Below, in pieces: positions 55,907 through 64,000 of a DNA stretch of 64,000 nucleotides. Within the stretch, counting starts at the first letter, position 1. Each line of letters opens with the position of its first letter. The stretch spans positions 101,879 to 165,878 of the forward strand of contig JBFMAK010000003.1 of assembly GCA_040755695.1 (NCBI GenBank), in the 5' to 3' direction. The stretch is from Candidatus Iainarchaeum sp. Lineage in GTDB: Archaea > Iainarchaeota > Iainarchaeia > Iainarchaeales > 1-14-0-10-31-34. Below the pieces are notes generated by a model. It saw nothing but the letters and a program-made list of their open reading frames with translations, was not told the DNA's origin and made no database searches. The position numbers and the translations under genes were made by a program.

Positions 55907-58900
55907 ATGGGGTTGAAGGAATTCTACCACAGCATTGAAGACGCTTACTATGGGTTAATGGACCAACTGGACAGGGCGGGAATTCCAGTATACAAAATAA
56001 TTGACGCAATCGAAGCAAAAAACATTCCGTCATTTCCGTTCTTCTTATTGTTTGTAATAATAGTGCTGTGCGGCCTCTACTTCTTTGTTGCAGTCCCAAT
56101 GCTTGGGCCTTCAATGAATTCTTTTTCCTTGGTTGTGGCAAGCGACAAAGGCCCAATAGAAAATGCTGTAGTGAAACTCCAGGTTGACGACAACATTACA
56201 ACCTATGTTACTGACGACAAAGGAAAGGTCTCCCTCACAATAACCAAAGGCAAAGGATTCCAGCTGACAATATCAAAAGAAGGATTTGAAGAAAAAACGC
56301 AGACCTTCAGCGCAAACGAATCAGGAGCAACAATCACATTAAAGGGCCAGACAAAAACAGTTACTGTAAGGCTGCTCAAGGCAGGGACAAGCGAAATAAT
56401 AAGCCAGGACGTAAGCGTTTCATTCTATTGTTCAGGCAACTCCGATTATTATAAAACTGAAACATCAAGCGACGGAGTAATAGAATTAGCTGATGTTCCA
56501 TATGACTGCGGGACAATCACAGCAGACTCAAGGGAGTTAAGCTGTACAGACTGCAGTTTTGACTCAAGTGACAGCAGTTCCTCAATCTACTTGCAAGAGG
56601 AAGAGCAAGGAAAAGGCACTGTAACATTAAGCGTGCAGGACGAAAACCTGGAGCCAATAGCAGGAATTATTGCAAGGATTATTCCAAACAATGGGAGCAC
56701 AACAGAGGAAACGAGGTGTACAACAACAGGAACAGGCGCGTGCACTGCAAGCAATGTGCCTTTCGGGGAATACTATTTCACTCTGACAGACAGCAGCGAA
56801 AAATATGAGTTCTATGATTCTTCTCTGAAAAACAATTTCATTACAGTCAATTCTTCAAACACTAACGCTTACTTAAGCACCATAACATTAGGCGAAAAGG
56901 TTGTAGGCCAAATAAAAGTAAAAATAATTGATGATTCAACAAAAGAAGCAGTTAATGGAGCTGAAGTGAAATTATTCAAGGACGGAAAAGAGCTGTACAC
57001 AAAAAATTCAGGTGAAGACGGGATTGTAGTATTTAATGTAAGCGAAAATGTTTCCTACTTCCTTACAGTGAATCATGTTGATTACTTGATTCCTGGCCCG
57101 TTGGCAGGAATAAAGCCGAGCGATGAAACAAGAGAAATAGAATTAAGCAGGGCTGACTCAACAAACAGCCAGCGGATTGAAGTTCAAGTATTGGACGAAA
57201 AAGAAGAGCCAGTAGAGAACGCAAAAGTATTCCTGAAGGACGCTGACAGGCCTTCAGTGATAATAGGCCAAATGCTTGTAACAGGGGTAGATGGAAGAAC
57301 CCAATTCGAGAGAGTGAAAGAAGGAAGGTATTTAGTTTACGCGGAAAAAACAGGGTTCAAAGGAAAAAATTCCGATGAAATAGTTACAGTAAAACCAAGG
57401 CAGCCTGCCTCTACAATAGTTAACTTGACAATAGGCCAGGGCACAATAGAATTAAAGGTATTGAACGAAGAACAGCAGGGCATTCAGGGGGCAACAATCA
57501 AAGTAATGGACTACTTTACAGGCACAGAAATTGCAACAGAGCTTACAGACACGCAGGGAGAAAAAACATTGACTTTAAGGGCAGACAAGAAAGTTTACTT
57601 GATTGCAAGCGAAAGCACCAAAGCAGATTATACTACAACCCCAATCCAGTTATTCCAGGGCGCCCAAAGCAATACGATAACCATGGTGGACCAAAGCAAT
57701 GCAAAAAACTTCAAGGTATTATTGAACGGAATTTATGGTATGGATGAACAGGCAGTAAGCGAAGGACAGGGAGAAACAGCAACAGTGCTTGACTCAGGCC
57801 AAAGCTTTAAAGTGAAATTGCAATTAATCCTGCCTAATGCATCCTACTCAAGCGCTGGAATACATTTAAGGACTGGAGCAGACACAGAAAACCAGGATAA
57901 CATAATGGAGCAGGACGACTTATACTTAAAGGATATTACTGCACCAAATGCAAGGATAATTAAAGGAACTTCCTTCAATCCTTCAAACGGTTACTCGATA
58001 GACTCGCAGCATTTAACTTCAGGGAACTCTAAATGGGCTAATGTAATTTTTTCTAATCCGAGAGCAGGCGTAATTGAAGCAGAAGGCGTAATTCAATTAA
58101 GGGGAAGCCCTGCAAGCACTCAAATGAATCTGGCTTACAGGGGCTGGGCAGTATCAGGCGGAACATACTTAAGGGACCCTTACGATTCAGAACTAAAAGA
58201 ATCTGAAAGCACTGCAACAAAACAGTCCTTGTACGCAAAAGCAAAATACGAGCCAATAAGAACTGGAAGCTCTTCACTCTGCACTGAGAAGTTCTGCTAC
58301 TGGTTCAGGATAACAGACCAGAGCACTGGAGTGCAGACAACTGTATCGGACAGCATGCCTGCAGAAATGTCCAATTCCTATCAACTTGAATTCAATTTAA
58401 TAAGCTTGAGCGAACAGAAATTCTATGAAGTCTCATTAAGCATTGCAAATGACAGCCAAGGAATTGAGTTTAAGAATTTTAATATCGCGGGAGAAAACAA
58501 GAATTTAAAGGCATCAAAGATTTTGAAGCCTTTGGGTGAAATAAGCAAAGGAGAAAAGATTTCAGGGACAATAGAATTCACTACAAAAAAAGAAGGGGTA
58601 AACAAGATAGACTTCGGCTTGAGCGCCAAAACCTCTCTTGGAACAGAAAAAGCATTCTTTAAGTCAATCAAAATTGACGTGCAGGCAGCAGGGGAATTCG
58701 AATTACAGGTTGTGCCTGCAGTACTAGTTTCATTAATACAGAATGATATAATAGTGAAGGCAGTTGATTTGTTAGACGGAAGCCCTGTAAGCGATGCCAC
58801 CATAAAAGTAATGAAAAACAATAATAATTTGTTTTCAGGGACAACAAATTCGGATGGAATTTACTCTTTCTCTCTTGAGCCAATGAGCACGGGAACAAAG

Positions 58901-61900
58901 GTTTCAATAACTGGAAACAAGATAGGATTCAAGGAAGCGGAAAAAGAGCTTACGACAACAGAACAGGTCCTGCTTGTAAGCCCTGAAAGCATTAGCGAGA
59001 GCTTCAATGCAGCAAAAGATGTAACCATAAAAAGAGACCTTATATTAAGGAACACAACTGAAGTGCCTTTGACTGTAAGGGCAATTGAATTCAGCGACGA
59101 CTTCAGGAAAATGGTGAACTTAAATTTAAGCGACGGAATAATAGGCCAGGAAATGACAAGCAGCGTGGATTACAACACATTGCTCTCAATGAGGATGACC
59201 CCTGCAGGAAGAAATATTGAAGAATTAACTGAATTGAACGGAAAAATAATTATCACGCTGGAAAGCATCCAGATTGGAAGGCAGTGGGCGCAGGAAATCC
59301 CATTAAACATTACAATAGGATTAGGGAATGAAGTAGATGACCCTTCATGTTTAAGCATAAGCCCTAATGAATGGAGCATTTCAATTGAAGGAGGAAAAAT
59401 TAAAACAAAATCTTTTGCCCTGGCAAACAACTGCAAGGTTGAAGGAAAACCCCTTGAATTAAAGAGGCTGCAGGCAAGGATTGCATGGGAGAACGGCAAT
59501 GAGACAGGAACATTCACTTCAAAGCTTGAGGGAAGCTCACTGCAGTTAGGCACAAGCTGGAAACAAATTTCAGGAACATTAAAGCCTTCAAGAGGGGACG
59601 GAACAGGAATAGAAATCCAGTTCAAGGCAGACGACATAAGCTCTGGAACTGGAGAACCAAAAATTGAATTCAAGGCAGAGAACAGGACACAGCAAGGCAT
59701 TGAAGAATTAAGCACTTCAATTAAAACAAGCCTTAACGTAAGCAAATTAACAGAATGCGTGCAGGTAATTCCCACAGGGCAGCTGAGAGTAGAATTAGGG
59801 CCATACAATTTAGGTTACGGCCTTTACCCGCAGCAATTCGGGTACAATCCTTATCAGCAAGCACCATACTATTACCAGCAATACAATTCATTTTATCCGG
59901 GCACATCATACGGAGGATACGGAAACAACCCTAATGTAGTAATGTACCCAGAGCAATTAAACCAAAGATATCCTTACTCTTATTTCTCAGAGCCATTAAC
60001 CAATTCATTCTATTACGACAACCAGTACAATTATGCTTTCCTGCCGCCGAATTCTGGAAGAAACAATTTCAGAGTGCAGAACAACTGCTCTAATACAGTG
60101 CAGGTAAGCATTGAGCCAGACCAGGCACTAGGAGTATCAAAGAATACCTTGACATTAGAGCCAGGCAAAGACGAGCAAATAAATGTTTACTCGACATTAT
60201 ACGCAGGAAATTACGGCATAATAGTAAGAGCGCAATTAAAGGATTCAACAGAAGGCAAAGCAGACATCACAAGAATTCCAGTACTGGTGGAATCAGAATA
60301 CTTCAGGGATTACAGGGATTGCATCTTCCTCAACAAAAGAACATTCCAATTCAATGACTTCATAGCAAAGCCCGACACAGGAATAATATTCAACAAATGC
60401 TATGACGTGGGAGTAAGGCTGAATTATGACTCAATTGGAATCACTTGGGGCTGGAACTACAGCAATACTCCAGGCAACACTGGCAGCAACCAGCCATCGC
60501 AGCAATCAATATCTGTAACGCCAGGAATAATAAAAGACATAAGAGTGCTTGAACTCCTTGAAAAGCCAGGGCCAGACAACAAGATAATACAGCAATTAGA
60601 ATTCGAAATGATTAAAGACATAGAAAAAAGCTACAGGAATGACATACTGGAAAAATTCAAGGCAATAGATGCAACAAAAACGCCTATTACAGAAATAGGA
60701 ATATACAGGGCAAAAATAACAGCAGGATACTATGAGGTTGAAGCACCTGCCAATCTCTCAGTGAAATTCATCAACAGGGTAGGCGCAAGCGATTCATTAA
60801 ATTTTAACATAACAATAGAAGACAAGTGGGCTGCCCTTCCATTGATATCAGAAGAAATTAATTTCGGTGACCCAGCCATAACAAAATTCCAGAGCTGCAT
60901 TAACGGCGATGCCTTAAATGTAAAAAATTACTGGGCGGGAAGAGGAAACGAAGGCTGCCTTGAAGAAAACCAATTCATTAATGATATTTACGAGCACGAA
61001 TCGGACACTAAAGTAATGAAAATTGCCAAGCAAGGAGGCTGCGGGAGCGTTGACAGTTTAAGCCAGATAAGCCCGCAGACCTACACCGACTCTGCAAGCG
61101 GGCTAAAATTAACATTCCAGACAGTAGACGGAGGCCACAACATAAAGCTTAGAGTGGACAAAAGCAATATGACAACACAAGAAGCAACAATTAACACTAC
61201 AATCTACGCAAACCTTACAAGAATGACCCCTTCAGGAAACCAGAAAGTATATATTCCAGTCAACGTGTGCGTGAAATTGAAGGAAGCCCCTCCAATTGCC
61301 TTGACGCCTGAAGAAAAGATATGCAAGGCAAAAATAGTGAGCCCGGAAGGGCTTTCATTGGAAGAATTGAAAAAGAAGATAGAGGAATTGTGCGCCAGCC
61401 TTCCGGCAGAAGGAAAGCAGAAAGTGGAGGACGCATTGAAAGCACTCTTATCCAAAGAAGAGAAATGCGATGAAGGCACTACAGGAAAAGGCGCTTCAAT
61501 AAAATACGGTTTCGACAAATTAAGCTTTACGTGGAATCCGGAAAAGATAGACGGGCAGTTCTGTTACGGCAGCTTCTGCGATGCAGCGCAGAACTCCATT
61601 GCCTCAGTGAAGAAACTAGAGGAAATCAAGAAATTCATTTCAGGAAAAGAAACAGAATTAACTGCAGCATGCGAAAAAGAAAAAACGTTCTTGCCAATTG
61701 GGGGAACTATTCATATTGAAAGCACGGCATGCAATAATAAGGATGCAGCCAATCTTTACAGGTTCGCAGTAAGCCAGGCAAGAGTTGTTGATAAAATCAC
61801 GGCAAACGAATTGGTGTTCTTTACAGGAGAAGACGGAATAATTGAGGGAAGCAAAATTGATTCCTCCGACGAGTACATCAAGACAATGGCAAGCAATGTA

Positions 61901-63544
61901 CTTAAATTTGACACTATGGCAAATGTCATTGAATCAACGCAGAATATCCTGAACGTCCTAAAAGATAAAACTGGCGGAAAAACGGACAGCATTGTAATGG
62001 AAATAAATTATAACGATGCAACAAAGCAGTACTACGCCAGCCACTTCGTGCCATTGGGAATAGAAGACCTGCAAGGGTTCACGCAAAAGAAGTATGTGAT
62101 GACATTCAATGAATTCTCTGCATTCCACAAGGCATTAAAGGCAGTAATTGACGGAAAAATAGCGTGCAACAGCACAACAACCACAAACTGCTACAGTCCA
62201 GACAAAAAGAATTATTATATTTCAGGTCTGACAGCGCCAGTAACAGCAGAATTCCTGAGGTCATTGTACAACAACCTTTCATTCAAGAACGGAATAAGGA
62301 ATGCGCCTGAATTAAGCAGTGAAGAAATACAGACAATACTGAAGGAAGGAAAATTGAAGGTCACAACAAGCGAAATTAATTCAATTGACAAGTTTGAAAA
62401 AATGTACAAAGAAAACATTGACTCAAATGTCCTGCTGATGAAGGACTCTTACACCAATGACTTCAAGGAAGACTTCTTGATTTCTTACTCAAAAATTGGG
62501 ACAGAAAAATTAGACCAGTTCGACAGCGATTGGAGCTTTATTTTAGGGAACAACATGCAGGCAAGCGTTGAAGCAGGAAGATACGAGCAGGTGATAAATT
62601 ATAATTGGGAGACAAAGAAAGTGAGTGTAAAACTTACTCAGCAAGAAAATCTTGAACAGATGGATAAGAGGACAGGAAACAGCTACAAAGACAATTACTT
62701 CTTCTCATTGCCATTCGACGGAAAACTTGGGTTAGTAAACACCACTTACTCAAGAGACGGCTACGGAGTAGGCTATGGCACATTGAATGCCTCATTCTAT
62801 GTAAACAAAGATGAGGGCAATGTGAACACCTACAATGTAACAGCAGAAAAAACAACAGGAAGCAGCAATGGATTAATGAAGTTTAATGCGGATTTAAGGC
62901 AGAAATTCGAGCAGACAAGAAATGGAACAGTGCTTTCAGTTGACGGCACTGCAGGCAAATTTGAATTCACTCCCTCTACTCCAATCATTGTTTCAGCAGA
63001 ATTAAATGCTTCAACAGCAGAAAAGAGGGGAATGCTGTATGAATTGGAAATGAATTCAAAGGAATTAGGCATAGCAGACGAAACTAATCTGACAAACATT
63101 TTCAGCTGGACTTCATGCTCCGGAAGTCCAAAGAATGACTCAAAAACAAAAATGAATGCACTGGAATCAAAAGCAGGCACTGTAGAGCATTACGGCTTGA
63201 TTGAAAACCCGGGCAGTGCAATAACTTATGCTTCTTTATCATTCATGCCTTCAAGCTCGAATTACTTCATGGTGTACCAGTTGTTCAAGAACGTGAAGAA
63301 CTTCACTGTATTCCACTCCTATAATGAAAGCACTGGGAAATTCACTGAATCTGTTTTAAGCGAGTCAAGCAAGAGGGTTGGAAAAAGCGATGTAACAGGC
63401 GCTACAATCCAGGGAGAAAACATAAAAGAATGGGTTAACAGAATAGAAAAAAGCCATGTGTGCGTCAAGCCTTTGAGCCAAGGAATTGAATTAAGCTGGA
63501 ATAAAGCAAAACTGCTGGAGGAAGCAGGAACACAGTGCAAGTGA
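55907..63544 (+). CDS. Giant membrane-anchored surface protein (2545 aa), paralogue of 46155..54050
   Basis: N-terminus MGLKEFYHSIEDAYYGLMDQLDRAGIPVYKIIDAIEAKNIPSFPFFLLFVIIVLCGLYFFVA matches the N-termini of the other two giants. Repeated prealbumin-like domains. Internal Q/Y/N-rich low-complexity segment. Confidence 0.8.
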   Translation: MGLKEFYHSIEDAYYGLMDQLDRAGIPVYKIIDAIEAKNIPSFPFFLLFVIIVLCGLYFFVAVPMLGPSMNSFSLVVASDKGPIENAVVKLQVDDNITTYVTDDKGKVSLTITKGKGFQLTISKEGFEEKTQTFSANESGATITLKGQTKTVTVRLLKAGTSEIISQDVSVSFYCSGNSDYYKTETSSDGVIELADVPYDCGTITADSRELSCTDCSFDSSDSSSSIYLQEEEQGKGTVTLSVQDENLEPIAGIIARIIPNNGSTTEETRCTTTGTGACTASNVPFGEYYFTLTDSSEKYEFYDSSLKNNFITVNSSNTNAYLSTITLGEKVVGQIKVKIIDDSTKEAVNGAEVKLFKDGKELYTKNSGEDGIVVFNVSENVSYFLTVNHVDYLIPGPLAGIKPSDETREIELSRADSTNSQRIEVQVLDEKEEPVENAKVFLKDADRPSVIIGQMLVTGVDGRTQFERVKEGRYLVYAEKTGFKGKNSDEIVTVKPRQPASTIVNLTIGQGTIELKVLNEEQQGIQGATIKVMDYFTGTEIATELTDTQGEKTLTLRADKKVYLIASESTKADYTTTPIQLFQGAQSNTITMVDQSNAKNFKVLLNGIYGMDEQAVSEGQGETATVLDSGQSFKVKLQLILPNASYSSAGIHLRTGADTENQDNIMEQDDLYLKDITAPNARIIKGTSFNPSNGYSIDSQHLTSGNSKWANVIFSNPRAGVIEAEGVIQLRGSPASTQMNLAYRGWAVSGGTYLRDPYDSELKESESTATKQSLYAKAKYEPIRTGSSSLCTEKFCYWFRITDQSTGVQTTVSDSMPAEMSNSYQLEFNLISLSEQKFYEVSLSIANDSQGIEFKNFNIAGENKNLKASKILKPLGEISKGEKISGTIEFTTKKEGVNKIDFGLSAKTSLGTEKAFFKSIKIDVQAAGEFELQVVPAVLVSLIQNDIIVKAVDLLDGSPVSDATIKVMKNNNNLFSGTTNSDGIYSFSLEPMSTGTKVSITGNKIGFKEAEKELTTTEQVLLVSPESISESFNAAKDVTIKRDLILRNTTEVPLTVRAIEFSDDFRKMVNLNLSDGIIGQEMTSSVDYNTLLSMRMTPAGRNIEELTELNGKIIITLESIQIGRQWAQEIPLNITIGLGNEVDDPSCLSISPNEWSISIEGGKIKTKSFALANNCKVEGKPLELKRLQARIAWENGNETGTFTSKLEGSSLQLGTSWKQISGTLKPSRGDGTGIEIQFKADDISSGTGEPKIEFKAENRTQQGIEELSTSIKTSLNVSKLTECVQVIPTGQLRVELGPYNLGYGLYPQQFGYNPYQQAPYYYQQYNSFYPGTSYGGYGNNPNVVMYPEQLNQRYPYSYFSEPLTNSFYYDNQYNYAFLPPNSGRNNFRVQNNCSNTVQVSIEPDQALGVSKNTLTLEPGKDEQINVYSTLYAGNYGIIVRAQLKDSTEGKADITRIPVLVESEYFRDYRDCIFLNKRTFQFNDFIAKPDTGIIFNKCYDVGVRLNYDSIGITWGWNYSNTPGNTGSNQPSQQSISVTPGIIKDIRVLELLEKPGPDNKIIQQLEFEMIKDIEKSYRNDILEKFKAIDATKTPITEIGIYRAKITAGYYEVEAPANLSVKFINRVGASDSLNFNITIEDKWAALPLISEEINFGDPAITKFQSCINGDALNVKNYWAGRGNEGCLEENQFINDIYEHESDTKVMKIAKQGGCGSVDSLSQISPQTYTDSASGLKLTFQTVDGGHNIKLRVDKSNMTTQEATINTTIYANLTRMTPSGNQKVYIPVNVCVKLKEAPPIALTPEEKICKAKIVSPEGLSLEELKKKIEELCASLPAEGKQKVEDALKALLSKEEKCDEGTTGKGASIKYGFDKLSFTWNPEKIDGQFCYGSFCDAAQNSIASVKKLEEIKKFISGKETELTAACEKEKTFLPIGGTIHIESTACNNKDAANLYRFAVSQARVVDKITANELVFFTGEDGIIEGSKIDSSDEYIKTMASNVLKFDTMANVIESTQNILNVLKDKTGGKTDSIVMEINYNDATKQYYASHFVPLGIEDLQGFTQKKYVMTFNEFSAFHKALKAVIDGKIACNSTTTTNCYSPDKKNYYISGLTAPVTAEFLRSLYNNLSFKNGIRNAPELSSEEIQTILKEGKLKVTTSEINSIDKFEKMYKENIDSNVLLMKDSYTNDFKEDFLISYSKIGTEKLDQFDSDWSFILGNNMQASVEAGRYEQVINYNWETKKVSVKLTQQENLEQMDKRTGNSYKDNYFFSLPFDGKLGLVNTTYSRDGYGVGYGTLNASFYVNKDEGNVNTYNVTAEKTTGSSNGLMKFNADLRQKFEQTRNGTVLSVDGTAGKFEFTPSTPIIVSAELNASTAEKRGMLYELEMNSKELGIADETNLTNIFSWTSCSGSPKNDSKTKMNALESKAGTVEHYGLIENPGSAITYASLSFMPSSSNYFMVYQLFKNVKNFTVFHSYNESTGKFTESVLSESSKRVGKSDVTGATIQGENIKEWVNRIEKSHVCVKPLSQGIELSWNKAKLLEEAGTQCK

Positions 63545-63558
63545 ACGGTGAAAGAAAA

Positions 63559-64000
63559 TGGGAGTAACAGACTTTTATTACGCGCTCGAAGACAAATACT
63601 ATGATTTAATGGACAGGATTGACCGGGTCATCCCAATACACAAGATAATTGAGCCAATAGACAAGGTCTTCCCCTCATTCATTCTGTTCATTATAATTAT
63701 CCTGCTTCTCATAGGCTCAGGGATTTACTTGGCATTAGGAGGACTGCCAGGAAAAGACGTGCAATTAACATTCCATGTAACAGACCAGAGCAGAAGCAGC
63801 CTGAACGCAATAAGCATTAGCGCAACACATGATTCAAAAACCGAAAGCCTTACAACAGACATGACAGGAAAAACAATGCCCTTGACAGTGAAAGCAGACA
63901 CAATTGTTTCATACGAGATAGATGAAAGCTCCTACGAAAAATTAAGCGATTCAATTAAAGTCGAAGAAAACAAGACATTAACGCTCACCCTTTCGCCGAA
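63559..64000 (+). CDS. Third giant-protein paralogue, 3' truncated by window edge
   Basis: MGVTDFYYALEDKYYDLMDRIDRVIPIHKIIEPIDKVFPSFILFIIIILLLIGSGIYLALGG has the same N-terminal motif plus TM. A prealbumin-like domain starts (LTFHVTDQSRSS...). Confidence 0.6.

Overview
This 64-kb window is AT-rich and looks archaeal, most like a small-genome DPANN-type lineage. Evidence for this: TATA-like promoters, an A1:U72 tRNA-Gln, a geranylgeranyl reductase gene carrying an intein, a PAC2 proteasome-assembly chaperone, class III (prepilin-like) signal peptides, GGAGGT ribosome-binding sites and ATGA gene overlaps. The 5' third holds housekeeping and envelope genes: a sugar-nucleotide cluster, purine salvage (apt, mtnP), an RHH/RelE toxin-antitoxin pair, htpX-lemA, dedA, uppS, and the intein-containing geranylgeranyl reductase. 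Next to a tRNA-Gln are tandem repeats that mimic the tRNA 3' end and a GC-rich rve/DDE insertion sequence. The remaining ~45 kb is a surface and host-interaction region. It contains two type IV-pilus/Tad-like machineries: a plus-strand ATPase with split TadB/TadC-like genes, and a minus-strand operon of ATPase, a FlaJ/TadC-like platform and about seven pilin-like genes. It also contains several very large secreted proteins of 744, 1497, 2631, 2545 and at least 147 aa. The last three are tandem paralogues that share a conserved N-terminal motif plus a membrane anchor. Giant protein 1 ends in a Gly-rich hydrophobic segment followed by a lytic-transglycosylase (SLT)-like domain, a layout reminiscent of phage tape-measure proteins. 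A Cys-rich pilin-like 555-aa gene sits between the giants, and a HEPN-MNT pair and a possible exosortase/archaeosortase-like gene flank them. No rRNA or CRISPR array was seen.
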